A stretch of 64,000 nt of DNA. Source: Bacteroidales bacterium. Its GTDB lineage: Bacteria > Bacteroidota > Bacteroidia > Bacteroidales > UBA932. The notes beneath the pieces are model-generated. The model had not been told where the DNA came from. It worked only from the letters and a program-made list of their open reading frames with translations, and searched no databases. Positions 39,986 to 49,937 of the stretch are shown one piece after another; the first letter of the stretch is position 1; every line of letters begins with the position of its first letter. Location of the stretch: positions 9,202 through 73,201 of the forward strand of contig JAFYRK010000002.1 in the NCBI GenBank assembly GCA_017559545.1. Direction: 5' to 3'. Made by a program: the position numbers and the translations under genes.

Positions 39986-41929
39986 TTAGTATACGATAGT
40001 GATCTCTTTTGCACGAATCTGGCTTCCATCCATTATCGCAATGAAAGGATTTTCATGCTCGCCAACCCATGTCACCTGAGTACCTGTCTGAGTCACTGTA
40101 CCATTTCTTGAAACTACTGTAAATGGCTTTGAGTATTCCGAAGCTGTTGTCTTGAATACAACAGATTTGAATGACTGGGCATTCTCAAGAGTGATGATAA
40201 GAGCGTAGCCCTTGTAGATACGTACATGGTCCGACTTAAGCTGATTCTCTCTGTTGACAGCAGAAGTACTTGTATTCTTGTAGAATGCGATAGTTACGCC
40301 ATCAATTGTAGTCTTGAGACCCTCGCCATATGAATCATGTTTATCGTCTTCCCAAGTATAAGCTGAAGACGGTTTAATTGTGATTGTGTTACCCTCTGGT
40401 ATCTCTGGAGTCTCTGGCTCTGGTTCAGCCTCATATGTTCCTGCAATAACTGCTACATTTCTAATCTCCCATGTTCCAGCCTGGGTAGCTGTACTTGCAT
40501 ACTTGAACGCAATCTTGATCTTACTTCCAAGGTAGCTGGCAAGATCCCAGTGACCTGCTGCGATGAATGACCAACCTGTAGGATAATCTGCAGCAGCGAT
40601 TGCGAGATTAGTCCACTCTCCGCCATCCTTTGAAATCCATACTGTAGCCTCATTTGCTGGTGTTCCAAAGTAGCCACCGGCATGCTCGAATGTAAGATAT
40701 GCTGCTGTCTGACCTGCAAGATCAATCTCAGGAGAGATCAACCAGCTCTCTGACTCGTAGTTTTTGGACGTTGCATTTTCATATGCTGTTGCCTTCATGC
40801 ACTTATAGCTTGCATCGAATCCCCAGATATAAGGGAAAGCAGAAGGAACTGTAACCTCATTAAGAGTGAAAGCACCCTGGCTGGTTGTAAAGCTTTCAAA
40901 GAAAATTGCGTTTGCTGGAGCTGTGGAATCAACCGAGCCATTTCCAGAATCCCCTGAACCAGAGCCGCTATCAACCACCTTACCGAAGTCCATATCAGCT
41001 CCTGCTGAGAAGTCTACTGCTGTTGCGTCCTGTCCTTCATAAACAGAAAGTACAATATTTGTCAAGCGGTATGCATCTGCAGTAGCGGCAGGATGCTTGA
41101 ATCCGATAGACAACTTATCTGTACCAGCTACTGTGAATCTGGCTGTTGCTGCATCAAACTCAGATTCTGATTTCACCTCAAGACTATATGGTATCTCAAC
41201 CCATTTTGCATTATCCTTGCTCACATACACCTTAAAATCAGCCGTAGCGAAGGTAGCCTTATATCCGTTGGTCGAACCATGACTAGCATCAAAAGTCAAC
41301 TGAAGAGAAGTAGCTGAGCCCAATTCCAGATCCTGAATTGAGAAACACGTACCACCCTTGGCTGGGAAGAATATGTTGTTTGTACTTGAAACACTGCGTA
41401 TGCTTACACCATTTGATGTATATTTAAGATTATCTATACCTGTTCCTCTCTCATTACGCCACACATCACTTTGATCTAGATAAGGCCAATATGATTTGCC
41501 GTCAGAACCAGTAACCTTTTCAACCTTTCCTCCATCGAAGTCATTTGCATAGACAACGAGAGCGTCAGCTGATCCCTTAGGACCTGCCTGAGTCACTGTT
41601 AAATACGCCTTCTTGAGGCCGATAGTGAAAACGAGATCGGCAGAACGGTCATATTCTTTATTCTCGAGAACTGATACTGTAACTGTCTGAGGGTTAGCAG
41701 ACGCCTTACCCGAACTTTGCGAAACAGCCACCCAGTCCGCATCGTATTCAACCTTCCATTCACGAGTCGATGTCACTGTAAGTGCCTTATCGTCACCTGC
41801 AGCATCAAAAGTCATTTCTGACACACTGATAGAAATCTCAGGAGCACCGAGGTTCTGCTCCTTCTCCTGACATCCGACAATAAACGCCAGTGCAGCTAGC
41901 GCACCGACAAAGAAATTTCTGAGTTTCAT
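39986..41929 (-). CDS. BACON domain surface lipoprotein with beta-sandwich (DUF5017/choice-of-anchor J-like) domains
   Basis: Lipobox FIVGC, BACON-like VTSTREWKV..WVAV..N..YDRSA, and ESESWLISPEIDL..KIAFKY..TWEI. Confidence 0.65.
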   Translation of the reverse strand: MKLRNFFVGALAALAFIVGCQEKEQNLGAPEISISVSEMTFDAAGDDKALTVTSTREWKVEYDADWVAVSQSSGKASANPQTVTVSVLENKEYDRSADLVFTIGLKKAYLTVTQAGPKGSADALVVYANDFDGGKVEKVTGSDGKSYWPYLDQSDVWRNERGTGIDNLKYTSNGVSIRSVSSTNNIFFPAKGGTCFSIQDLELGSATSLQLTFDASHGSTNGYKATFATADFKVYVSKDNAKWVEIPYSLEVKSESEFDAATARFTVAGTDKLSIGFKHPAATADAYRLTNIVLSVYEGQDATAVDFSAGADMDFGKVVDSGSGSGDSGNGSVDSTAPANAIFFESFTTSQGAFTLNEVTVPSAFPYIWGFDASYKCMKATAYENATSKNYESESWLISPEIDLAGQTAAYLTFEHAGGYFGTPANEATVWISKDGGEWTNLAIAAADYPTGWSFIAAGHWDLASYLGSKIKIAFKYASTATQAGTWEIRNVAVIAGTYEAEPEPETPEIPEGNTITIKPSSAYTWEDDKHDSYGEGLKTTIDGVTIAFYKNTSTSAVNRENQLKSDHVRIYKGYALIITLENAQSFKSVVFKTTASEYSKPFTVVSRNGTVTQTGTQVTWVGEHENPFIAIMDGSQIRAKEITIVY

Positions 41930-42055
41930 GTCTTGTGTTATTAAAAATTACTATTCTTGCTTTTATCTAATTCGCAAATATAGCTATCAATCAGCACTTT
42001 TGCAACAGCGCACACAAAACAAAAATCAGACCACCGAACACTTGCTATATGACAT

Positions 42056-42085
42056 AAAAACGGACGTCCCTTCCGGAACGTCCGT
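42056..42085 (-). terminator. Intrinsic terminator after the BACON-OB gene
   Basis: ACGGACGT..ACGTCCGT stem with a minus-strand T tract. A new TATATTTG box lies at 41975-41982 downstream. Confidence 0.65.
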
Positions 42086-42107
42086 CATTTATATTATGCG
42101 TGATTGA

Positions 42108-43916
42108 TTACTCTGCATACATTATCTCTACCTTTGAAAGATAAACAGCATAACCTGAATTATTTATCAACTTAAAGTATGTATAACTTGAACCGGATAA
42201 ATCATAAGTAGCTGTTTTTGTAGTGGAGTCTGTTGTAGGATTGATTGCAGTTTCTGATGGTGAAACAGCTGTACCTGCGTAAAGAGTAAGATTCTCTGGA
42301 TAAAACGACTTTTCTGGGTGATATGTAAGCTTTATAGAGGCAATAACTCCTTTATCGTCCTTGTTAATAATGTACGATCCTTCCTTCCTCATCTGAACGG
42401 CTGCAGGATTATTATAATTTGCAACATTCAAGATACCAAACTTCTGACTTGACACTGTTATCTCAGTCTCTGTTGAAGGATATGAGCCAGGCATTGCTGA
42501 TGAATCAATAGTGAGAACATTAGTCTCAGTAGGAGTCTCTGGCTCCTGAGGAGTCTCTGGCTCTTGAGGAGTCTCTGGAGTCCCAGGAGTCTCTGGCTCC
42601 TCGCCACCTTCTGCTTCCTTCTCCTCAACAGTCAAATAGATTACATTGAAGAATTTTGGAACGTCCTTTGAAGCAGAGATTGCCTGGAAATAACCTGTAA
42701 GTTCTACAGTCTTTCCATTCAAATCTGTGAGCTCTGCCTTCTGAGCCTCTGTCAACTGATAGAACGAGCCCTGTGCTGTAGAGGTTTCTACTCCGTCAAT
42801 ATTCAAGTTGAAATATTTACCATCAACCACAACTGTTCCCTCTACTGTCACATAGAACGGATTGTAAACACCTAAGTTCTTATCATTGCCAGCACCAGCC
42901 TGCATTTCTGCAATCTTTGCTGCATCAAGGGCAACTGGAGTTGGATATGTAACCTCTACATGACCAGTCTTCTCATAGTACTTCGCATTAGGAGTAATCT
43001 GATTAGTCCAGTTAAAAGCACCTGGCTTACCACCAACCTTAACCACATCACCTACCTCATATGTCTGTGAATAACCTGCGTCATAAATGAAGGCTGTACC
43101 AGTTTCGTCTGCAAGCATGAAGCCCTTTGCACAAAGAGCCATCACTGTTCCAGAAACGAGAACAGAGTCTTTCTGTGCCACAGCAGCAGCTACAGTCATT
43201 GCCACTGGCGACGGATCAGCCGGAGTATCACCAGCAACGTGAGAAATGTAATATGCCGGACCGCCAACCTGAGGAGTATTGTTATATGCTGCACGAGTTC
43301 CCTCAAGAGTCAGGACATCACCCTCTTTAAGACCGAGCTGTGAGAACGACTTGTCATTTGATCCCTGCTTCTCTGCAGTAAGACCATATACATAAACAGA
43401 ACCTGTCTCATCAACAAGATCAAAGTTACCGTACTCGGTATTCTTGAGGTTCTTGATGGTACCAGTCAGCTTATAGTAGATGCTGGCATCAACACTCTTT
43501 GCAAGGAACTCCTCAACAGTAAGCTCTGCAGCTGGACGAGCCAATGAACCCTCCTGATTGACTACAACCGCAGCAGAAACAACGCTGGTTTCAAAAGAGA
43601 TCAATGCTGCGCGTGGATATGACTCGTTTACCGGAGCCTTCACAATAATCTCAATAGGCTTATCAGAAGCCTCGCCTGAAGCAGGCTCAACTACGATTCC
43701 CTCAACATTATCAAGAGATGTTGCAGGAAGTACCTTTGCACTCCAGCTTCTTGTTGCTGACAACATGATCTTAACCTCACCGCCGTCCTTAGGCAAATCA
43801 TAAGAAGACTTATCAGTTGAGATCATAGGCTCGCCAAAACCGTCTTTCACACAAGACGATGCTATTACTGTCATCAGAATAGCGGCGAAAGCGTATAAAT
43901 ATTTCTTAAAATTCAT
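42108..43916 (-). CDS. BACON + OB-fold surface lipoprotein
   Basis: Start ATG 43916, lipobox IASSC, OB-like YKLTGTI..YGNFDLVDETGSVYVYG, a second VSGTVMA..GFMLADETG, and a PETP linker. Confidence 0.7.
   Translation of the reverse strand: MNFKKYLYAFAAILMTVIASSCVKDGFGEPMISTDKSSYDLPKDGGEVKIMLSATRSWSAKVLPATSLDNVEGIVVEPASGEASDKPIEIIVKAPVNESYPRAALISFETSVVSAAVVVNQEGSLARPAAELTVEEFLAKSVDASIYYKLTGTIKNLKNTEYGNFDLVDETGSVYVYGLTAEKQGSNDKSFSQLGLKEGDVLTLEGTRAAYNNTPQVGGPAYYISHVAGDTPADPSPVAMTVAAAVAQKDSVLVSGTVMALCAKGFMLADETGTAFIYDAGYSQTYEVGDVVKVGGKPGAFNWTNQITPNAKYYEKTGHVEVTYPTPVALDAAKIAEMQAGAGNDKNLGVYNPFYVTVEGTVVVDGKYFNLNIDGVETSTAQGSFYQLTEAQKAELTDLNGKTVELTGYFQAISASKDVPKFFNVIYLTVEEKEAEGGEEPETPGTPETPQEPETPQEPETPTETNVLTIDSSAMPGSYPSTETEITVSSQKFGILNVANYNNPAAVQMRKEGSYIINKDDKGVIASIKLTYHPEKSFYPENLTLYAGTAVSPSETAINPTTDSTTKTATYDLSGSSYTYFKLINNSGYAVYLSKVEIMYAE
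42531..42600. repeat. Coding tandem repeat (9/18-bp units) encoding the PETPQE linker
   Basis: GGAGTCTCTGG recurs about every 18 bp. Confidence 0.7.
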
Positions 43917-43926
43917 GACTCTATCT

Positions 43927-46900
43927 TTAGAAAATGTAACGTACATTAAAGATCATCTGCCAAGTTGACGAGAGGCTGTTAGACATAACAAAAGCTTCCT
44001 TCAACACCTCAGTACCATTCTTCTGATACTGGAATACTGGCTTGGCACCTGTAGTGTATACAGCGCTTGCATTTGTGAGGTTGAGAGGCATGATATTGCC
44101 ATAACCGTCATTAGCATTTGCATACCAACCTGCACCCCAGTTCTTATTAAGAAGGTTACCTACGTTCTTGATGTCAAGACCGAGCTGAAGAGTGTGCTTG
44201 TGCTGGTTCTTTCCAGTATAGAAGTAGAAGTTCTGGTTAATCTTAACATCAAATCTGTGTGTCCAAGGCTCTACGATACCGTTTCTCTCAGCAATCTTGC
44301 CGGTATTGTTCTTAAGATACTTGTTGCTCTGGATGAATGACCAGAAGTCCGCCTTCTGTGCGTCTGCAGAATATGTTACATTACCTTCCTTGTCAGTTAC
44401 ATCCTTGAAGTTCCATCCATCCTCACCGAAGAGATCTTCGTATGTAGGGATGTCGATAAGGCTGTAGCTATAAGCGCCGTCACCATATATGTTCTTTGTA
44501 TAGTTAACGTTTGTTCTGCCATTAGGTCCGCCATAGTATGCGAGGCTTATAGATGTTCCGAAGAACTTGGCATAATCAACACTATATGAAAGATTTCCAA
44601 CGATACGATGTGGCATTACATAACTTGCATAACCAAGCTCAGGAGTATTTGTTCCCATCTGGCTTACGAGACCCTTCCATACAGAGTAAAGCTGGTCACC
44701 GACTCCGTCGCTCAACACCTTAGACTGGCTATATGTATAAGAAAGCGATCCGCTGAGACCCTTCCAGAATGTCTTTTCGAGTTTTGCAGTAACTGAGAGG
44801 TAGTCACCCCAAAGCTTAGGATCTCTTACATTGTAAAGAAGGTATGCATCAGTAATCTGGCTGTCATATCTACCATTTGCGTAATATGGACGAGCAGCAA
44901 TGTCCTCAACCTCAGTAAGAAGTGTTGGAGACTTAAGACCGATGTTCTTAACTGTAACAGGGTTGATATCCTTTTTGTAAATACCCTCGACACTTGCAAG
45001 GAATCCACCAGGGATCTTGACATCAAATGCAAGGGATGACTTCCAGCTCATAGGATTTGCAAGGTTCTGATCCATCAGAGTGATAGATGTCAGGTTAAGT
45101 CCCGCTGCCTCTGGAGAGAATCCGTTAGGATAAACCTGATTGAGGATCTCATTTCTGTCAGCTGAAATTGTAGGGATTGCCTCTCCCTTAGAAGCCTGTC
45201 TTGTAACAGTAGTCTGAAGAACTCCTGCATCACCTGACTGGCTGACGATCCATACAAATGGGATACGTCCTGTAAAGAGACCTGTACCTCCGCGAAGAAC
45301 GAATCTTCTATCACCGAGAATATCCCAGTTGAAACCGATTCTTGGAGAGATTCCAAGACGTGCCTTAGGAAGATCCACTGTATTATACTTTCCTGAAGGA
45401 TTGCTCTGTGTCGATGCAAATGTTGCATCTTCCACTCTTGTATTTCTGTTGAAATCGAGTGAAGGGTAGAATGGAAGCTCAAAACGGACACCTGCAGTGA
45501 ACTTGAAGTTATCACTGAATGCGATGTTATCCTGGAGATAAAGGGAAGCCTGACCGAACTGGAAGTTAGGATACTCCTGAGCAAATGTGCTGTTGTTACC
45601 ATGAGTGATGGCGAACTGCACCGGATCATTGAACAATGTACCGTTTACAGCTGCATTGTAAAGATCCTGCTCAGTTTCAAAATTAAACTGATAGTAACCT
45701 GCTCCGAAACGCTGGAAACCGTTCTGAGTCTTGTTGTACTCAAACTGGAATCCACCCAAAAGATTATGTTTTCCGAAGTTCCAGGTGATTTCGTCTGTTG
45801 CAATCACTGTGTCAACCTTACGAAGGTTTCCATAAGAGAACGCCTCATAACCGAAAGTAGTATAGATATCTTCTCCTACCACAAGGTCAACATATGGGAA
45901 GTAACCACCTTCTACTGAACGAGGCTCATTCTGGCTTGAATAAGAAACGCGAACTGTATTGTTCAGTTTACCGTCAAGGAAACGAGAGTTCAACTCAGCT
46001 GCCACAGATGAGAAGTTCTGCTCCTGATAATAACGCGCATTCTGGAAATAAAGCGCATACATTGAAGTACATGTATGGCTAGAGAAGTTTGAGTCAGCGA
46101 TACCTGTACGTGATCCAGAAGGAGCCGATGCGTACTTGCTCTGAGTGTAGCTATAACGCACATTCAACTTGTGATTCTTGTTGATGTTCCAGTCGATACG
46201 TGCAAGGAGCTTAAGAGATGGGGTTTCTGTACTATAACCGGCATAAGCACCTGTATCATAACCATACTTGCTCATCAGGAAATTGCTTACTGCATCAAGC
46301 ACCGGAGCTGATGGACGAGCAACACCGTCGCTTCCTGTTGTAAACACATTTCCACCAGGAGTGAGCTGAAGCTGACCGTTCTCATCTACGTATCTGTCAG
46401 TAAGCTTTCTTGTCGGACCTGGCTCGATAGACTGATCTGCCTCGACATTCAAGAAGATGAAGAGCTTATCCTTGATGATTGGAGCACCTACGCTGGCACC
46501 ATACATAAGATACTGATTATCAGTCTTTGTAAGTGGCTCATAATCACCTACTCTATATCCCTGCATATCCTGATTTCTGAAGTAGCCGTAAACTGTAGCC
46601 TTAACCTCATTTGTACCAGAACGGGTAATTGCATTGATTCCACCTCCTGTAAAACCACTCTGACGAACGTCATAAGGAGTAATCGCAACAGCAATCTGCT
46701 CAACTGCATCAAGAGAGATCGGGCTACCACCTGCAGGAAGGTTTGAACCAATACCGAATGCATTGTTAAAGGCTGCTCCATCGACTGTCACATACGAATC
46801 TCTGTAGCTACCTCCTCCGATATAAGTCTTTGTACCTGATACAAAAGACTGTGGAGTCTGCATGAGCACATCATTCAGGCTTCTTGAAATGGTTGGAAGC

Positions 46901-47343
46901 TCTGAGATTTCTTTGGCACCCAATGATGTGATAGATCCTGCGCGGTCAGAACTCATGTTTGACTTTACCGCCTCTGCAGAAAATGTCACACCTTCAAGGC
47001 TTACACTCTCCTCCTGCAACTGCACATTCAGTACATAGTTATCAGAAAGAGAAACAGAAATGCCTGTATAGGTCACACTTCCATAACCAAGGCAGGAAAC
47101 CTCAACCTTGTAAGGACCTCCCGCTGTGATGTTAGAAAGATAGAAGCGACCTGAGGCATCTGTAATTGAGTAGAACTGCGAACCTGTCGGCTCGTGGACA
47201 GCGACCACTGCAACACCCTGAAGTGCGCCCTGAGCATCTGTCACCTTTCCACTCATTGATGCTGTTGTCACCTGCGCGAACGCAGAAACACTAAGCAAAA
47301 GTGCCGCAAAAGCAGCAACGAGACACTTAATTGTTTGTTTCAT
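43927..47343 (-). CDS. TonB-dependent receptor (Oar-like)
   Basis: Signal peptide AFAQVTT, carboxypeptidase-regulatory-like domain, VDGAAFNNAFG..ISLDAVEQ..PYDVRQSGFTGGGINAITRSGTN, and C-terminal VRYIF. Confidence 0.88.
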   Translation of the reverse strand: MKQTIKCLVAAFAALLLSVSAFAQVTTASMSGKVTDAQGALQGVAVVAVHEPTGSQFYSITDASGRFYLSNITAGGPYKVEVSCLGYGSVTYTGISVSLSDNYVLNVQLQEESVSLEGVTFSAEAVKSNMSSDRAGSITSLGAKEISELPTISRSLNDVLMQTPQSFVSGTKTYIGGGSYRDSYVTVDGAAFNNAFGIGSNLPAGGSPISLDAVEQIAVAITPYDVRQSGFTGGGINAITRSGTNEVKATVYGYFRNQDMQGYRVGDYEPLTKTDNQYLMYGASVGAPIIKDKLFIFLNVEADQSIEPGPTRKLTDRYVDENGQLQLTPGGNVFTTGSDGVARPSAPVLDAVSNFLMSKYGYDTGAYAGYSTETPSLKLLARIDWNINKNHKLNVRYSYTQSKYASAPSGSRTGIADSNFSSHTCTSMYALYFQNARYYQEQNFSSVAAELNSRFLDGKLNNTVRVSYSSQNEPRSVEGGYFPYVDLVVGEDIYTTFGYEAFSYGNLRKVDTVIATDEITWNFGKHNLLGGFQFEYNKTQNGFQRFGAGYYQFNFETEQDLYNAAVNGTLFNDPVQFAITHGNNSTFAQEYPNFQFGQASLYLQDNIAFSDNFKFTAGVRFELPFYPSLDFNRNTRVEDATFASTQSNPSGKYNTVDLPKARLGISPRIGFNWDILGDRRFVLRGGTGLFTGRIPFVWIVSQSGDAGVLQTTVTRQASKGEAIPTISADRNEILNQVYPNGFSPEAAGLNLTSITLMDQNLANPMSWKSSLAFDVKIPGGFLASVEGIYKKDINPVTVKNIGLKSPTLLTEVEDIAARPYYANGRYDSQITDAYLLYNVRDPKLWGDYLSVTAKLEKTFWKGLSGSLSYTYSQSKVLSDGVGDQLYSVWKGLVSQMGTNTPELGYASYVMPHRIVGNLSYSVDYAKFFGTSISLAYYGGPNGRTNVNYTKNIYGDGAYSYSLIDIPTYEDLFGEDGWNFKDVTDKEGNVTYSADAQKADFWSFIQSNKYLKNNTGKIAERNGIVEPWTHRFDVKINQNFYFYTGKNQHKHTLQLGLDIKNVGNLLNKNWGAGWYANANDGYGNIMPLNLTNASAVYTTGAKPVFQYQKNGTEVLKEAFVMSNSLSSTWQMIFNVRYIF

Positions 47344-47537
47344 AACGTTTTAGTTAAAAATAATAGGATATTTATGTTGCGAAGATACTAAATATTAATG
47401 GTTTTATAAAGTATTAATTACACTTTTATATGGCCATTTCAAGAGGCCCTGAGACAGCCATTCCTTCCACTGGCGTCAAGTGACTTCATCGATTACGCAC
47501 GAAGTTGGAAAATCTTTAAAAAAATCTCCACTAAATA

Positions 47538-47567
47538 TTTGCAAATCAAAAAATTTAACTACCTTTG
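47538..47567 (+). promoter_or_regulatory. metK promoter (-33 TTTG, -7 TACCTTTG)
   Basis: TTTG at 47538-47541 and TAnnTTTG at 47560-47567, immediately before the riboswitch. Confidence 0.65.
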
Positions 47568-47579
47568 CGCCCCGAAAAA

Positions 47580-47626
47580 TGTGGAGAGATTTGACCGCTT
47601 GCAACCACTTGAAAAAATGCTAAAAT
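47580..47626 (+). ncRNA. SAM-II-type riboswitch aptamer
   Basis: GTGG..GATTTGACCGCTTGCAA-CCAC-TTGAAAAAATGCTAAAA resembles the SAM-II pseudoknot consensus (P1, GAUUU, UUGC, AAAU..GCUAAA) and lies upstream of metK. Confidence 0.75.
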
Positions 47627-47680
47627 GTTGATGTCGCCCTGCGCGACAAAATATCATCAATGTTTTGTGTTTTTGTGTTG

Positions 47681-47710
47681 GCTCCGCATTTTTGTGGGGC
47701 TTATTTTTTT
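47681..47710 (+). terminator. Leader terminator of metK (riboswitch expression platform)
   Basis: GCTCCGCA-TTTT-TGTGGGGC hairpin followed by TTATTTTTTT. Confidence 0.7.
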
Positions 47711-47723
47711 GCCCTGAAATGAA

Positions 47724-47844
47724 AGATTGCCACGTCGCTTCGCTCCTCGCGATGACGTGTAAACGAAGCGACCGACGCATGGTGACACTGACAAGACCGA
47801 CGGAACACCATACGTCATTGCGAGGGCTCTGCCCGTGGCAATCT
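47724..47844. repeat. CGTC-type palindromic repeat (family B) copy 5, in the metK leader
   Basis: AGATTGCCACGTCGCTTCGCTCCTCGCGATGACG ... CGTCATTGCGAGGGCTCTGCCCGTGGCAATCT. Confidence 0.85.
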
Positions 47845-47874
47845 GTAAAGATAGAAAACAAAAATATATACGAT

Positions 47875-49194
47875 ATGAACTACTTATTTACATCAGAATC
47901 GGTGTCAGAAGGACACCCAGACAAGGTTTCGGATCAGATTTCCGACGCCATCCTTGACGAATTCCTCCGCCAGGACCCAGAGTCAAAGGTAGCCTGCGAG
48001 ACATTCTGCAGCACAGGACTCGTGGTTGTGGGAGGAGAGGTCCGTTCAGAGGACGCATATGTAGACATTCCCAAGACAGTACGCCGTGTCATCAACAAGA
48101 TCGGTTACAACAAGGCCGAGTACATGTTCGACGGCAACTCATGCGGCATCCTCTCTGCACTCCATGAGCAGAGCGTGGACATCAATCGCGGTGTCGTAGG
48201 CGAGGATGCAGACGCACAGGGCGCAGGTGACCAGGGAATGATGTTCGGATATGCATGCTGCGACACAGAGGAGTATATGCCTCTTCCGCTCGCGCTATCA
48301 CACCAGGCACTCCTGATGCTCGCAAAGATCCGCAAGCAGAAGCCTGAGCTCATGCCTTATCTCCGTCCAGACTCGAAGTCTCAGTTCACCATTGAATACG
48401 ATGGAGAGACAAATCAGCCGGTACGTGTACATACAATCGTGATTTCAACACAGCACGACGAGTTCACACCAAAGTCACTCGGCAACATGACATACGAAGA
48501 AGGCTGCGAGCAGTTCGGCCAGAAGAGAGTTGACGAGGCTATGCAGGCCAAGATCCGCGAGGACGTGCAGAACATCCTCCTCCCTATGCTGATCGAGACT
48601 CTCGCTCCTGAAACAGCTGCCCTCTTCAAGGGTGACTACATCCTTCACGTGAACCCAACAGGAAAGTTCGTGATCGGTGGTCCTCACGGTGACACAGGTC
48701 TTACTGGCCGCAAGATCATCGTTGACACATACGGTGGAAAAGGAGCACACGGTGGTGGAGCATTCTCAGGAAAGGACCCTTCAAAGGTTGACCGTTCAGC
48801 AGCTTACGCATCACGCTACATCGCCAAGAACATGGTAGCTGCAGGCGTTGCACGTGAAATGCTCGTACAGGTATCATACGCAATCGGCGTTGCAAGACCA
48901 CTGAGCATCTTCGTGAATACCTATGGAACTGCAGTAAACGGTATCACTGACGCAGAGATCGCTGCAAAGATCAATGAGCTCTTTGACCTTCGTCCAGCAA
49001 AGATCATCGAGAAATTCGGACTCAAGAAACCTATCTACGAACCTACCGCATCATACGGCCACGTAGGACGTGACCCTTACAAGGCAACTGTAATGGTCAG
49101 GAAGGACGGCAAGCTCGTTCCAGAGCTCGTACAGTTCTTCGGATGGGAACTCCTTGACTCTGTCGACATGATCAAGAAAGCATTCGGATTATAA
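47875..49194 (+). CDS. metK: S-adenosylmethionine synthetase
   Basis: Start [17 protein letters not shown] at 47875, GAGDQG, and [16 protein letters not shown]. Confidence 0.97.
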   Translation: MNYLFTSESVSEGHPDKVSDQISDAILDEFLRQDPESKVACETFCSTGLVVVGGEVRSEDAYVDIPKTVRRVINKIGYNKAEYMFDGNSCGILSALHEQSVDINRGVVGEDADAQGAGDQGMMFGYACCDTEEYMPLPLALSHQALLMLAKIRKQKPELMPYLRPDSKSQFTIEYDGETNQPVRVHTIVISTQHDEFTPKSLGNMTYEEGCEQFGQKRVDEAMQAKIREDVQNILLPMLIETLAPETAALFKGDYILHVNPTGKFVIGGPHGDTGLTGRKIIVDTYGGKGAHGGGAFSGKDPSKVDRSAAYASRYIAKNMVAAGVAREMLVQVSYAIGVARPLSIFVNTYGTAVNGITDAEIAAKINELFDLRPAKIIEKFGLKKPIYEPTASYGHVGRDPYKATVMVRKDGKLVPELVQFFGWELLDSVDMIKKAFGL

Positions 49195-49196
49195 TC

Positions 49197-49218
49197 CCTG
49201 GCGCTTTTAAGCGCCAGG
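49197..49218. terminator. Hairpin between convergent metK and smpB
   Basis: CCTGGCGCTT-TT-AAGCGCCAGG. Confidence 0.6.
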
Positions 49219-49668
49219 CTATATTCTTTCCATCTCGCGGCGGAGATCCTTCTCCTTGATTGATGCACGCTTATCGTATTCTTTCTTACCGCGCGCCAAA
49301 GCGATCAGCAGCTTTGCATATCCATTATCGGCAATATAGAGTTTAACAGCTACGATGGTCAGCCCCTTTTCCTTGACAGCACGCTGCAGTTTCGTCAACT
49401 CCTTGCTGGTCAGCAGCAGCTTACGCTCACGACGTGGGTCGTGCTTCCCCCAACTGCCCCACCAGTACTCAGCCACATGCATATTCTTGACATACAGCTC
49501 ATTGTTATTGAAATAGCAATATGCATCCACCAATGAGGCCTTGCCTGCCCTGATGGACTTTATCTCTGTACCCGTAAGCACAATTCCCGCCTGGAATGTC
49601 TCTATGAACTCGTAGTCAAACGAAGCCCTCCTGTTCTTTATCTCTACGCTGCTCTTTGCTTTCGGCAT
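49219..49668 (-). CDS. smpB: SsrA-binding protein
   Basis: [28 protein letters not shown] and GKKEYDKR. Confidence 0.97.
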   Translation of the reverse strand: MPKAKSSVEIKNRRASFDYEFIETFQAGIVLTGTEIKSIRAGKASLVDAYCYFNNNELYVKNMHVAEYWWGSWGKHDPRRERKLLLTSKELTKLQRAVKEKGLTIVAVKLYIADNGYAKLLIALARGKKEYDKRASIKEKDLRREMERI

Positions 49669-49686
49669 AATTTCTCTTTGCTAATT

Positions 49687-49793
49687 ATCGTCTCCAAAGA
49701 ATATCCACTTTCTTCGGCGACATCATAGGTTTTTAACTAAAATACTGCCATTGGGCCAATCGTCGCCGAAAAACAGTCTGATTCTTTGGCGAC
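49687..49793. repeat. Degenerate REP-like hairpin doublet (family A) in the smpB leader
   Basis: ATCGTCTCCAAAGAA..TTCTTCGGCGAC (49687-49721) and ATCGTCGCCGAAAAA..TTCTTTGGCGAC (49759-49793). Confidence 0.65.
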
Positions 49794-49862
49794 AGTCATT
49801 TTAATATTGTCCCGTCCATGAAAACCGACCAATTTATGGATGACAACAAAGGACAAGGAGTG

Positions 49863-49917
49863 CAAAGATACTGCTTTTTCATAAAATGTTGACTCTCGTC
49901 ACAAAATACTATATTTG
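49863..49917. promoter_or_regulatory. Divergent -7 boxes for smpB and miaA
   Basis: TATCTTTG (-, 49863-49870) and TATATTTG (+, 49910-49917). Confidence 0.6.
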
Positions 49918-49937
49918 CATGCTGAATTCATGACAAC

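Noticed and set aside
47559-47874. 70-aa N-terminal extension of MetK and antisense ORF 47559-47861 ([11 protein letters not shown])
   Set aside because: Both are translations of the terminator and the family-B repeat. Conserved MetK starts at 47875.
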